25,161 bases of DNA, taken from a virus (lineage: Duplodnaviria > Caudoviricetes). The notes beneath the pieces were generated by a model, which made no database searches, was not told where the DNA came from, and saw only the letters and a program-made list of their open reading frames with translations. This document shows, piece after piece, positions 8,039-16,545 of this stretch. Made by a program: the position numbers and the translations under genes. Within the stretch, counting starts at the first letter, position 1. Each line of letters begins with the position of its first letter. The DNA is taken from positions 1 to 25,161 of the IMG/VR virus record IMGVR_UViG_3300012663_000332. One strand, written 5' to 3'.

Positions 8039-8853
8039 TGATTTATCCATTCAAATACATTTAACCACTGTCGCTTGCCAACAGTAGATTTTAAGAGTGT
8101 TAAATCTGCACAGGTTTTATTACGGAATCTGCTTAGTTCTTCAGCCGACACTGGTCCAAATTCTATTTCTACACCTTCTTGCTCTGCTATTTCTTCTGCT
8201 ATATCTAAGAAAGAATGTGACAGCCCGGAACCTACATTCCAAATGCCCGAACCTTTAACTTCGTTAATGAAATCTAAATGCAGTCGGCAAACATCTCCGA
8301 CCCAAGTCCAGTCACGCTTAATGTTTTCAGCATTTTCCCAAACAGTAATTTTGCCTTCTTTGCGAGCCTGTTGGCGCCACTTATGAATAGCGTTGGCACG
8401 ATTGCCTCTAAGATGCATCCATTTACCGTACACATTAAAGTAACGGAATCCTTGTACCATTATGTGTTGTTCTTGCTGAAACACCCAACGATCAAATAGA
8501 TACTTACTCCATGCATAAGGAGTTTGCGGGTGACATGGACTATGTTCGCTAAAACTTTTACTATTACCGTAGACTGTACTCGAGCTAGCGTACTGTAGGT
8601 TAACACCGTGCGTGTTGCACTCATTGAACAACCATTGACTAAACTCTAGGTTCTGATTTAGGATTACATCTACATCTGTGAATCCGTTATCAGCAATAGC
8701 ACCCAAGTGTATTACCCAATCGTAAGATTGTACGTCCGGAAAGTCTTTTGGATCCCATTCCCATCCGTCAACTTCCCACCCATCTTCTTGGTTAAGCCAA
8801 GCCAGCATGTTGCGGCCAATAAAACCTTCATGTCCTGTAACTAGTATTCTCAT
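8035..8853 (-). CDS. hldD: ADP-L-glycero-D-manno-heptose 6-epimerase-like NAD-dependent epimerase (copy 2)
   Basis: TGHEGFIG, HLGA, YASSSTVYG, YAWSK, GFRYFNVYG; colinear with copy 1 but diverged at RDWT and KWMHLRG. Confidence 0.8.
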   Translation of the reverse strand: MRILVTGHEGFIGRNMLAWLNQEDGWEVDGWEWDPKDFPDVQSYDWVIHLGAIADNGFTDVDVILNQNLEFSQWLFNECNTHGVNLQYASSSTVYGNSKSFSEHSPCHPQTPYAWSKYLFDRWVFQQEQHIMVQGFRYFNVYGKWMHLRGNRANAIHKWRQQARKEGKITVWENAENIKRDWTWVGDVCRLHLDFINEVKGSGIWNVGSGLSHSFLDIAEEIAEQEGVEIEFGPVSAEELSRFRNKTCADLTLLKSTVGKRQWLNVFEWINQ

Positions 8854-8865
8854 GAAGATATTTAC

Positions 8866-9366
8866 TCATAGTTTGATGTCCGGGAATTGAGAAACGATTA
8901 GAGGGATAATCGCTTGTGCTTCTTCATTTGTAATATTAGATAACATGCGATTAAGTATCCTAGGAAGAACTTGCATATTCTCAGGAGCATCAATTTGATC
9001 TTGTGTCCATCCTAGTCTAACACCCTCGTCTCTGCTAACAATATGATCTAATTCTGGAATGTGCCAATCTTGATCGTGTCTATCAGAAACTACTTGATTC
9101 TCGCCTTTGCCCCAGTCAAACTTACGTTCAACACCTACATAGTCTACCCAAGTGTCGGGGCATTTGTCGTACATAGTTTGGCATTGTTGTGGGGTCCATT
9201 TATACTTACTACGGTAAGGGCCAAATATTGCTAGATATTTGTAGTCGCCCTTACGATCAAAGCAAAAGTCATCATACAACTTATTAGTGAAGTATGTGTT
9301 TTCTTCATAACGTCTATGAGGCTTGCGTTTGGCAATAGCCTCATTTAGTTTTTGATAGTTCTTCAT
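8866..9366 (-). CDS. HNH-like (His-Me finger) nuclease domain protein
   Basis: PELDHIVSRDEG..ENMQVLPRILNRM pattern; coupled to upstream gene by TAATG. Confidence 0.6.
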   Translation of the reverse strand: MKNYQKLNEAIAKRKPHRRYEENTYFTNKLYDDFCFDRKGDYKYLAIFGPYRSKYKWTPQQCQTMYDKCPDTWVDYVGVERKFDWGKGENQVVSDRHDQDWHIPELDHIVSRDEGVRLGWTQDQIDAPENMQVLPRILNRMLSNITNEEAQAIIPLIVSQFPDIKL

Positions 9367-10616
9367 TAGTCTGAGAATGGCATTTTAAAAGGAGGCATGT
9401 ACTTTACATGTTCCTTGCCATCTTCCCCTTTACTTGTTCCAGGTTTAACAGCCTGCCAAACAATACTAGATTTCTTAGTAGGCTGATACTTTGCAACCAC
9501 TTGTCTAATACCTTCAGCAAGCAATACTGGCTCGCTAGCATCATTACCGACTTCGTGTAATTCACAGTATGCATCTTTAGCACGATACACTTGATCACGC
9601 AACTGACGAGCACTACGTGATCCATACTTTTCGTGTAGTGCTTCGTAGATAGCTTGATCAACTGCGGCTGGAGATCCAATGTTACCTTGTTGCTTTAAGA
9701 ACTCGCAGATGCCCCAACTAACGTTAGTGGCAAATACGCAATCTGTAAACAGTCGCATATTGATGTTGACACTACGACTCCAAATGTCAAAGCCGTATGT
9801 GTCCAAGTAGGTAAGCATGTTACCGATACCTGTTAGTGCTTTACTTTGTCGACTGCTTTCGCTCTTGTCATCTTTGTCTAGCACCTTAACACCATTAGCA
9901 TTGAACACACGCCATGCCTTAAGGTAACGTTCTTCGTCAGGAGTCAAAGGCAACTTGAGCTTTTCTTTCTCGCGAGCTAAGTTAGTGCCGTTACGCCATT
10001 TGTCGTACTCGCTTGCGGCAAGTGACACAATGTTAATTGAGTGGTACTGTTCGGCATCAACGATTGCTAACATTCTAGCAATGTCGTCAAAAGCCATATA
10101 GTTCATAGGCATTTGATCAACACCCACAATACAGCTGGCCAATGTTCGATGTTGTGCATCATTAACTACCTTATCGCCGTTCTCCATCTCACGACCAGTT
10201 GCTGGCTGTACTAGATGTGGCTTATAATTAAACACTAGGTCACCAATCAAATGCTTTACTCGGACCATGCGTTGTTGTCTATAGTTAATCCACATTTCAG
10301 AAATGTTAACAAAGTTACTATTGTCTCGATACAACATACCTTTGCCAAACAACTTATCAAAGAACGGCAATTCCATTCCTTCAAAGATTCCTGCTTCTTG
10401 ACAATGGTTGAGGACAAACATAATAACGTCCTCTACTTTAGCATAACCATCATCATCCATAATTGGACTAACATCAAGTAGTTCAGCGACCTTACTCATT
10501 CGTCGGCGGATCTCTACAGGATCAAACTCTTTAATAGATTTACGTTGACTTTTGGGACCGCAAAGACCTGTAAGGTCGTCGCCGTATTTGTCCGTAATAC
10601 ATTTTAGATAAGCCAT
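9366..10616 (-). CDS. ParB/Srx-like (DGQHR-type) domain protein
   Basis: INYRQQR..H..NY..P..R..G..VNDAQHRTLA resembles the ParB/DndB-like core; long helical C-terminus. Confidence 0.65.
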   Translation of the reverse strand: MAYLKCITDKYGDDLTGLCGPKSQRKSIKEFDPVEIRRRMSKVAELLDVSPIMDDDGYAKVEDVIMFVLNHCQEAGIFEGMELPFFDKLFGKGMLYRDNSNFVNISEMWINYRQQRMVRVKHLIGDLVFNYKPHLVQPATGREMENGDKVVNDAQHRTLASCIVGVDQMPMNYMAFDDIARMLAIVDAEQYHSINIVSLAASEYDKWRNGTNLAREKEKLKLPLTPDEERYLKAWRVFNANGVKVLDKDDKSESSRQSKALTGIGNMLTYLDTYGFDIWSRSVNINMRLFTDCVFATNVSWGICEFLKQQGNIGSPAAVDQAIYEALHEKYGSRSARQLRDQVYRAKDAYCELHEVGNDASEPVLLAEGIRQVVAKYQPTKKSSIVWQAVKPGTSKGEDGKEHVKYMPPFKMPFSD

Positions 10617-10646
10617 TTGCCACTTTCTGTGTGTTAATATGTTTAT

Positions 10647-10675
10647 ATTATAGTGTCAGTTGACTCAAACGTCAA
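10647..10675 (-). promoter_or_regulatory. sigma70 promoter of ParB-like/HNH pair with overlapping palindrome
   Basis: TTGACG-17-TATAAT; GTTGAC-N6-GTCAAC inverted repeat at 10659-10676. Confidence 0.8.
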
Positions 10676-10680
10676 CCACA

Positions 10681-10905
10681 TTAAATACCATTTCGGTTAT
10701 AGACAACAGGCATTTCACATACATATTTGCCATTGTATGTGTGCATAATTAGATTGCAGTCGCCGCCCGAAATAGCAGAACCTGCATGGTCGCTGATACC
10801 TTTGCCTGTAAAAACATAGCTGCCTACACTGGCAACATTATAAACTGCACAACCGTTTAAACAGGTAACGGCGAGAATCGCGATAAGAACGCTTCTTGTC
10901 GGCAT
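10681..10905 (-). CDS. small putative lipoprotein
   Basis: hydrophobic N-terminus with LNGC lipobox. Confidence 0.55.
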   Translation of the reverse strand: MPTRSVLIAILAVTCLNGCAVYNVASVGSYVFTGKGISDHAGSAISGGDCNLIMHTYNGKYVCEMPVVYNRNGI

Positions 10906-11027
10906 GTGTATTCTTGTTTAGTCTGTGTGTTAATGTATGTTACCCAAGGATCGTTATCCTTTAGGGTAATGCCTGTAACGGTAAAGTTACATCCTCTACC
11001 GTCTGTAAATAAATCATATAGCTTCAT
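10857..11027 (-). CDS. hypothetical protein (56 aa, MKLYDLFTDGRG...)
   Basis: Manual translation; ATGA overlap with upstream gene. Confidence 0.6.
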   Translation of the reverse strand: MKLYDLFTDGRGCNFTVTGITLKDNDPWVTYINTQTKQEYTCRQEAFLSRFSPLPV

Positions 11028-11308
11028 TGAGTTAATACCATCCGTGTAATTGCTACAATGTCAATTGCTACAATCAACAAATAATTAGCCACCATGCCAG
11101 TCGAACCACGAGTCCAGGCGGCCCAGCCAAATATTGTACATTGGATAATGAACAACGGGTAAAGAATAATAAAAGGTGGATTTGGCAACGTGTACCCCAT
11201 CCATATGGTACAGCCAATACTCATAAACCACGCCAACAACTCTAAACTAAATCGTATAGGGTGTGTAGCGTAATCTTCTTTAATCCAATTGATTGTATTT
11301 TGTATCAT
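11024..11308 (-). CDS. small membrane protein (about 3 TM)
   Basis: three hydrophobic segments. Confidence 0.7.
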   Translation of the reverse strand: MIQNTINWIKEDYATHPIRFSLELLAWFMSIGCTIWMGYTLPNPPFIILYPLFIIQCTIFGWAAWTRGSTGMVANYLLIVAIDIVAITRMVLTQ

Positions 11309-11327
11309 CGATTACTTATAAAAGAAT

Positions 11328-11347
11328 AAAGGACCCTAAGGTCCTTT
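11328..11347 (-). terminator. rho-independent terminator
   Basis: AAAGGACC-TTAG-GGTCCTTT followed by TATTCTTT on minus strand. Confidence 0.75.
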
Positions 11348-11364
11348 AGACTATCAGTTTATGA

Positions 11365-11634
11365 TTAAACCAATCCTAGTGCCAAGGCCTTGTAACCTGC
11401 GGCAACAACTTTACGTGATGGCTTGCCCATAACGTATTCTGTTACTACTGCATTGTTACCTGCAACACGAGTATTTGCATAAACTGCATATCCGCTTTGA
11501 CGGATACGGCTTGCTTCTGCGCTAATGTTCTTAATGCCGAAACGCTTCTCTGCTTGTGATGCTGTAACTGCTTCACCGTTATAAAGTGCTGAGAATAGTT
11601 TGAATGCCTTAGTGTCTTTAGATAATGTCTTCAT
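11365..11634 (-). CDS. winged-helix/HTH DNA-binding protein
   Basis: GEAVTASQAEKRFGIKNISAEASRIRQSGY pattern; start MKTLSK with AAGGA RBS. Confidence 0.65.
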   Translation of the reverse strand: MKTLSKDTKAFKLFSALYNGEAVTASQAEKRFGIKNISAEASRIRQSGYAVYANTRVAGNNAVVTEYVMGKPSRKVVAAGYKALALGLV

Positions 11635-11679
11635 TTGTATTTCCTTTTTTAGATTATGCTGTAAACAACAGCTATACAC

Positions 11680-11708
11680 AGTATATGATAACTGTGCTGA
11701 ATAATCAA
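11680..11708 (-). promoter_or_regulatory. sigma70-type promoter for HTH gene
   Basis: TTGATT-17-TATACT; overlapped by CACAGT..ACTGTG inverted repeat. Confidence 0.6.
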
Positions 11709-12073
11709 GCAGTCTGGCTAGATTGCTTATGTTCGTTGTGCCAAAACTTTTGGTTAGGAAATCTTGCTGAAATGGCTTTGAGAACTTCATCCAATGTTGG
11801 GCCTTGAGCAAGAAACGTACCGTCATCTACATTATAAGCATAAACTGTATCATTTACTTGCTCAATTCGAATCTCAGTGCCATCAATGTCCGTTTCGCCA
11901 CGGGCTTCAGCTTCATTTATCCGCTTGACCTGTTCAAGTGTCCTAATAACACTATCCGGATCCTGTGATAATTTGACTAGCATTGCAATACCACGCAAGT
12001 GCCAACCTGCGTAAAATACAATAAACATAACTACAATATCTACTATAAAGTCCATAGCAATCTCCATTGACAA
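11705..12073 (-). CDS. hypothetical protein with N-terminal TM helix
   Basis: ORF track; hydrophobic N-terminus. Confidence 0.7.
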   Translation of the reverse strand: MSMEIAMDFIVDIVVMFIVFYAGWHLRGIAMLVKLSQDPDSVIRTLEQVKRINEAEARGETDIDGTEIRIEQVNDTVYAYNVDDGTFLAQGPTLDEVLKAISARFPNQKFWHNEHKQSSQTA

Positions 12074-12075
12074 GT

Positions 12076-12447
12076 TTATTTAAGCAATTCCAAGTTCAAA
12101 ATCTTAGCAACTCGTTGCCCAACATCTTCTCCGCTGGGAATAACATAGGTTACCATGTCGTGGCTATCACGTTTTCTATCCCAACGACGCACTTGTAGTA
12201 TGCGGCCGCCAGTAGCTGAAACTAGATCAAAACGTACAGCACCGTCTAAATCAATATCATTTGATTCGTCTGCTAGTGAGGGTCCGTAATCGTCTTCATC
12301 ATCGTTTTTTAACAGCCACGACACAAATCGTTGCTTAATTGTTTTTTTCATAAAAGTTCTTTTTGTTTGATTGGGAGATGGTATCGCTCGTAATTTGTTT
12401 GAGCTCATATTAGTCTTACCAACTGCCCATTGTCTGGAAGTGCCCAT
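12076..12447 (-). CDS. hypothetical protein (start uncertain)
   Basis: ORF track; several in-frame ATGs. Confidence 0.65.
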   Translation of the reverse strand: MGTSRQWAVGKTNMSSNKLRAIPSPNQTKRTFMKKTIKQRFVSWLLKNDDEDDYGPSLADESNDIDLDGAVRFDLVSATGGRILQVRRWDRKRDSHDMVTYVIPSGEDVGQRVAKILNLELLK

Positions 12448-12641
12448 TAGATTACATCTTCGTCAGTTTGAATATGTTGTACATTTATTTGGCCTGCTTC
12501 AAACATATGGATCATCTGTGTTTTACCTTCAACCCATTGTTCTTCAGTTAGGCTATGCCATCCAATGCACTTGCCATTTGGGCTACGGCCACAACCGCAG
12601 TTACCAATCTCTTCTGTATTTTCAGTTACTCTTACTTGCAT
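12447..12641 (-). CDS. CDGSH-like iron-sulfur/zinc-finger protein
   Basis: CGCGRSPNGKCIGWH resembles C-x-C-x2-S-x4-C-D-G-S-H; GGAG RBS before MQVRV. Confidence 0.65.
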   Translation of the reverse strand: MQVRVTENTEEIGNCGCGRSPNGKCIGWHSLTEEQWVEGKTQMIHMFEAGQINVQHIQTDEDVI

Positions 12642-12807
12642 TTTGTATTCTCCTAATAATGTTGTTAGCTTCTGTGAAATCACTGTTGTCTAATTGATTT
12701 TCAATTAGTTTCTCCATCTGTTCCTGGAGGCTTCGTAGATATGGACGCAGGTGTTCAGTAGCATATGGCTGTGTCCAACGTATTGTATAAAGATATCTAG
12801 TGTTCAT
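12622..12807 (-). CDS. hypothetical protein
   Basis: AGGAG RBS, TAATG coupling. Confidence 0.6.
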   Translation of the reverse strand: MNTRYLYTIRWTQPYATEHLRPYLRSLQEQMEKLIENQLDNSDFTEANNIIRRIQNASKSN

Positions 12808-12986
12808 TAGTAACACTCCTTATAAATTGTATATTGTGGCTTTGGATATTTTTCAACAATATTTTCTGCTTTGATATACTTGTTCATATCTCCAGCATTG
12901 AAAAACATTTTATTAAAAACTGTCACATGTTTACCATCTACAACTTCTGTGACTGTAAGATAGTTACTTTTTGCTGTGCCTGCCAT
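12807..12986 (-). CDS. hypothetical protein (59 aa, MAGTAKSNYL...)
   Basis: Manual translation; TAATG overlaps at both ends. Confidence 0.65.
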   Translation of the reverse strand: MAGTAKSNYLTVTEVVDGKHVTVFNKMFFNAGDMNKYIKAENIVEKYPKPQYTIYKECY

Positions 12987-13450
12987 TATGGATATTCCTT
13001 TGTCAATGATGCCACAAGCAAGAACCGCTCGTAGGCTTTTCGAACACTAGGGTTCTCTAGTAATTTGTCAGCTTCTGCTTGCATGGCCTTAACGCCAGCT
13101 TCAGCGGCCTCTCTATAACTACACCACTCTAATGCATAACGTTCAGTCCCAAATGATTCAGCAAGAGCCTTCCATGCTTTTAACTGTTTAGGCGTTAGGG
13201 GCTTGTCACGTTCAGGAACACGCAAGGCGCTAGCTTCCATAATGCTTTTACTAATAGCATCTTCTGCCACACGACCAGCGGCGATCATAGGAGCATACGC
13301 AGGATCAACATTGAACCTACGGCTAGACCCGCCCGGATAAACATCTACTAGATGTGTACCTTTTGGAAAGCTATCGCAGAACTCTGGACTGTAAGTGCTG
13401 TGCGGAATGTACTTGCGGCCTTTTTTGATATAGAATATAGTTTCTGGCAT
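12986..13450 (-). CDS. hypothetical phage protein
   Basis: ORF track; directly behind a promoter. Confidence 0.75.
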   Translation of the reverse strand: MPETIFYIKKGRKYIPHSTYSPEFCDSFPKGTHLVDVYPGGSSRRFNVDPAYAPMIAAGRVAEDAISKSIMEASALRVPERDKPLTPKQLKAWKALAESFGTERYALEWCSYREAAEAGVKAMQAEADKLLENPSVRKAYERFLLVASLTKEYP

Positions 13451-13455
13451 GCGTT

Positions 13456-13484
13456 ATTGTAACACAGGTGCAACTACAAGTCAA
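13456..13484 (-). promoter_or_regulatory. sigma70 promoter, probably giving a leaderless mRNA
   Basis: TTGACT-17-TACAAT, 5 nt before ATG. Confidence 0.7.
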
Positions 13485-13827
13485 GAACTGTATCACCCCA
13501 TTTGAGCGTCCACCAGGTATAGTCAACATCTTTAAGTTTGGCTACTATGGCATATTGGTAACCATACTGCATCATATCAGGCTGTCTGTGCCATTCTGGC
13601 GCATCTACTGATCGCTCCATTATCCATTGGCCCATTTCACTGTTTTGCCATTGGTATAAAGGTTCGGCGGCATATAAGTCCGGATCTTCAACATCACCCA
13701 TTGTAAACCTGTGTACAACTACTTTGTGTATTCGGTGTGCTTTATCCCCGAACACCATAAATTCATCTGTTCGGATGTGCTGTTGTTTACCTAGATGCCC
13801 TTGTTCGGGATTAAACTTATAAGCCAA
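13474..13827 (-). CDS. hypothetical phage protein (W-x-LKW C-terminal family)
   Basis: GDVEDPDLYAAEP; ends YTWWTLKWG. Confidence 0.75.
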   Translation of the reverse strand: MAYKFNPEQGHLGKQQHIRTDEFMVFGDKAHRIHKVVVHRFTMGDVEDPDLYAAEPLYQWQNSEMGQWIMERSVDAPEWHRQPDMMQYGYQYAIVAKLKDVDYTWWTLKWGDTVLDL

Positions 13828-14314
13828 GTTGTTCTTTCAACCAAGGTTTACAGTTATCCCACGTAGTAAAGATATGGGCAATGCCGCCTTGGGATTCCCA
13901 CTCATGACAGTTACTATGTCTGTCGTCGATTAGGATATCGCCTTTGTTTTTACAATGCCGCCACTTGTCGTAACTGAATGGACCAATGGTAACTGGGATG
14001 CCTGGGAAGTGATCATTAGCCCACCATACCTTATCATTAGCAGCCAATGGCATGCTGTAGTCATGCGGTAATGCTGTAAGGAATCGTAAATGGTATTGAG
14101 GATTGCGACTGATATAATCTTTGCACATATTAACCATTTCGTGTGCGCCTTCCATCAAAGGTAAATTACGATAGAAACGTAAGTCATCTTTGACCTTGTC
14201 CCATTCTTCCTGCGGAATACGCTCGCCGTCTTTATTCCAACGTTTCTTAAGGACATTTTGTGCGTGTGCATGCCAATCAGCAACCACATCGTCCATATCT
14301 AGATAAATGTTCAT
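13817..14314 (-). CDS. 5'(3')-deoxyribonucleotidase-like HAD phosphatase
   Basis: IYLDMDDVVAD, LTA, K..W, ILIDDR..N..W..GG. Confidence 0.85.
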   Translation of the reverse strand: MNIYLDMDDVVADWHAHAQNVLKKRWNKDGERIPQEEWDKVKDDLRFYRNLPLMEGAHEMVNMCKDYISRNPQYHLRFLTALPHDYSMPLAANDKVWWANDHFPGIPVTIGPFSYDKWRHCKNKGDILIDDRHSNCHEWESQGGIAHIFTTWDNCKPWLKEQLGL

Positions 14315-14703
14315 GGTGTGTTAAAGTTGTATCCTACAACTATGCCCGGTTCATCGTTCTCTACAAACTTGCTAAGGATATCAAAGTTGTCCTCTGCCCG
14401 TTTGACAGCTTCATATGCTTTCTGTAATGCTGGATTATTTTCCATTAATGTTTTACGATTCAAATCTAATTGTCTTTGAGTACGTGCCCATTGTATTACA
14501 TCTAGAACTTCTTGATCTAAACTTACAGTGGCATAATTGGTAGATAGCTGTTGCCAATTACTACCATTAAACACTTCTAAGTCTTGATTGTTAACCCGTA
14601 TCATACCTTGGATAGGGTTACTAGAGTTTTGTGGAATATAAGGAAAAGATGTATTACCACCCGAGACTGTTAGTCCGCAGACACCTGTTAAATTTTTAAT
14701 CAT
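14311..14703 (-). CDS. hypothetical phage protein
   Basis: ORF track; ATGA overlaps. Confidence 0.75.
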   Translation of the reverse strand: MIKNLTGVCGLTVSGGNTSFPYIPQNSSNPIQGMIRVNNQDLEVFNGSNWQQLSTNYATVSLDQEVLDVIQWARTQRQLDLNRKTLMENNPALQKAYEAVKRAEDNFDILSKFVENDEPGIVVGYNFNTP

Positions 14704-15359
14704 ATAAATTGTCCCGGATTAGGTTTAACATAATTTAGATTAGGAATAAAATTCATATTAATAACTACTCTATTTTTGTCGTTGCCTACACCATTGCTAT
14801 GATATCGCAAGCCGTTAAACACAACACCTGTTCCTTTTTTAGGAGTGAAGCTAGATTTTAAAGTTCGCTTGTTGTAGTTTTCGTTATTGGGATCGAGTAT
14901 ATCTTCGTAAAAGTGTGTAGGGCCATCACAATCGTTAACATAGTAAATCATAGTTACATGCGGTGCGAACTGATCCACGTGTGGTGTTAGATAATCATTT
15001 TGATTCCATGACGGATCTCTATAAGTTAATACTGCTCGCATACGTATCAAATGTTCTATTACAATGCCCGTTTTATCTTCTAAAAAGTAAGTCAAAGTTT
15101 TAATTAATGGGTACTGCGGACTAACATAATCTACATCATCAGCATAGAACAAATGTATCAATGCATCTCTTACTTTTATGTTAGGATCATTCTTAAACAC
15201 TTGCGGATCATTTGGATAGCCTGACACACTATGCTTATAATACCATGGGAATCGAAGTGATGTCATTTCAGCTTCAATCTCGTCCTGAAGCGACTTAGGC
15301 ACCAAGTCTGGTATTACAATTATATCGGTTTTTAAATCCGGCATAGTGTCATTGTTCAT
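14700..15359 (-). CDS. 2OG-Fe(II) oxygenase superfamily protein
   Basis: PHVD, YYVNDCDGPT, PKKG..VVFNG..YH, RVVINMN. Confidence 0.85.
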   Translation of the reverse strand: MNNDTMPDLKTDIIVIPDLVPKSLQDEIEAEMTSLRFPWYYKHSVSGYPNDPQVFKNDPNIKVRDALIHLFYADDVDYVSPQYPLIKTLTYFLEDKTGIVIEHLIRMRAVLTYRDPSWNQNDYLTPHVDQFAPHVTMIYYVNDCDGPTHFYEDILDPNNENYNKRTLKSSFTPKKGTGVVFNGLRYHSNGVGNDKNRVVINMNFIPNLNYVKPNPGQFI

Positions 15360-15595
15360 TTGCGCAATCCCTTAATATCTTTGTATGTCACACGGATGTA
15401 TGTATGCCATTCTTTGTCTATCTTCATAGGTAGATCCAAATGTATTGATACCATAGGGCCTTCCGTTTCATTACGCATATTATCAGTATATACTGTACCC
15501 ACGTAAGGAATACGTTTATATATACCTTCAACCCTGTCACCTACTTGATATTTGGGCTTAGGACGATTGGCTGCAAAGTAGTCTGCCAAATTCAT
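15356..15595 (-). CDS. hypothetical protein (SH3-like beta barrel possible)
   Basis: KYQVGDRVEG pattern; ATGA overlaps. Confidence 0.65.
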   Translation of the reverse strand: MNLADYFAANRPKPKYQVGDRVEGIYKRIPYVGTVYTDNMRNETEGPMVSIHLDLPMKIDKEWHTYIRVTYKDIKGLRK

Positions 15596-15828
15596 AGCTT
15601 CTCTCCACAATGCGGACACTTCTTAGCTGACGCATTGCGCATTTCTTTTAGTGTCTTGTTTAGTTTGCGAGCATCAGATAGTTGACTTTTAATCACCTTG
15701 CGATTTCGTTCGTGTTTGGCCTTGCCCAATTCTTCTTTAAGGTGTAGCTTCATTTTGTTAAGCCTACCTTCAAAGATTTCAATAAAACCTGTTATGCCCG
15801 GGCCTTTGTCTGCTGGTGTTCCACTCAT
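15592..15828 (-). CDS. hypothetical coiled-coil protein with C-terminal CPHC
   Basis: KKCPHCGEKL. Confidence 0.65.
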   Translation of the reverse strand: MSGTPADKGPGITGFIEIFEGRLNKMKLHLKEELGKAKHERNRKVIKSQLSDARKLNKTLKEMRNASAKKCPHCGEKL

Positions 15829-16046
15829 AGCACTTTCCCCAAACCTAACCAAATCAACTGTTCGAGTTCTATTTGGTAGTCTTTGTTCAATCTACGTTTT
15901 TCGTAGATAGCCATCAAGATATCTTTGCCGTCACCGTAGTCGGTAGCTCCAGCGCCTCGACTCTCTAATTCTTCAATGAGATCATCTGTATCAAAGTCAC
16001 TGAGATCAACATCGACTTCTACTTCTGTGTAAATTGTTTTGTACAT
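15825..16046 (-). CDS. hypothetical acidic protein
   Basis: EVDVDLSDFDTDDLIEELESRG; AAGGA RBS. Confidence 0.7.
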   Translation of the reverse strand: MYKTIYTEVEVDVDLSDFDTDDLIEELESRGAGATDYGDGKDILMAIYEKRRLNKDYQIELEQLIWLGLGKVL

Positions 16047-16054
16047 ATATTTCC

Positions 16055-16318
16055 TTATACAGTTCCCCAACGGAGTTTAAACCAATTAGCATCCTTAGCA
16101 TCTTCAAATATAAAATCAGAACAATAGCGTTCGTGAGATTGTTTACAGTTAAGTGATAACCACTCTTTAATTAATGTAGCGTTTAGCATAGCCGTGTCGT
16201 TTGGTAACATAACACGGGTCCAACCAATACCTTGCAACATTCCCCAAAGTACTTCTCGATCAATGTCGTTAGCCATTGCCTTGCCAGCTGTATTGATTAT
16301 TTCTTCTTCTAGTGTCAT
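16055..16318 (-). CDS. hypothetical protein (F-x-LRW family)
   Basis: ends FIFEDAKDANWFKLRWG. Confidence 0.7.
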   Translation of the reverse strand: MTLEEEIINTAGKAMANDIDREVLWGMLQGIGWTRVMLPNDTAMLNATLIKEWLSLNCKQSHERYCSDFIFEDAKDANWFKLRWGTV

Positions 16319-16545
16319 TTCATGTACTTTATTTGAAATAGCATAAATCTCTTTGGGTCTACAACATCGTAGTATTGTGTGTAGTTACCTGATCCATCTT
16401 GTCCCATGCGTAGTCCATACTTTTGTTCTACCCAATAAGGCATAGTAGGTCCAACCATACCGTTGTTAGATTCCACATTCTCTCTGTACTCGCGGCGAAC
16501 AGCATGTAGAGCACCCCAATATTGTTTGCGTTGTTCTGTAATCAT
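16315..16545 (-). CDS. hypothetical protein (F-x-IKY variant)
   Basis: ends VVDPKRFMLFQIKY. Confidence 0.7.
   Translation of the reverse strand: MITEQRKQYWGALHAVRREYRENVESNNGMVGPTMPYWVEQKYGLRMGQDGSGNYTQYYDVVDPKRFMLFQIKYMK

Larger units (their letters stand above)
6151..8457. repeat. 35-bp perfect direct repeat (6151-6185 and 8423-8457) inside the two hldD paralogues
   Basis: TTACCGTACACATTAAAGTAACGGAATCCTTGTAC present at both positions. Confidence 0.9.
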
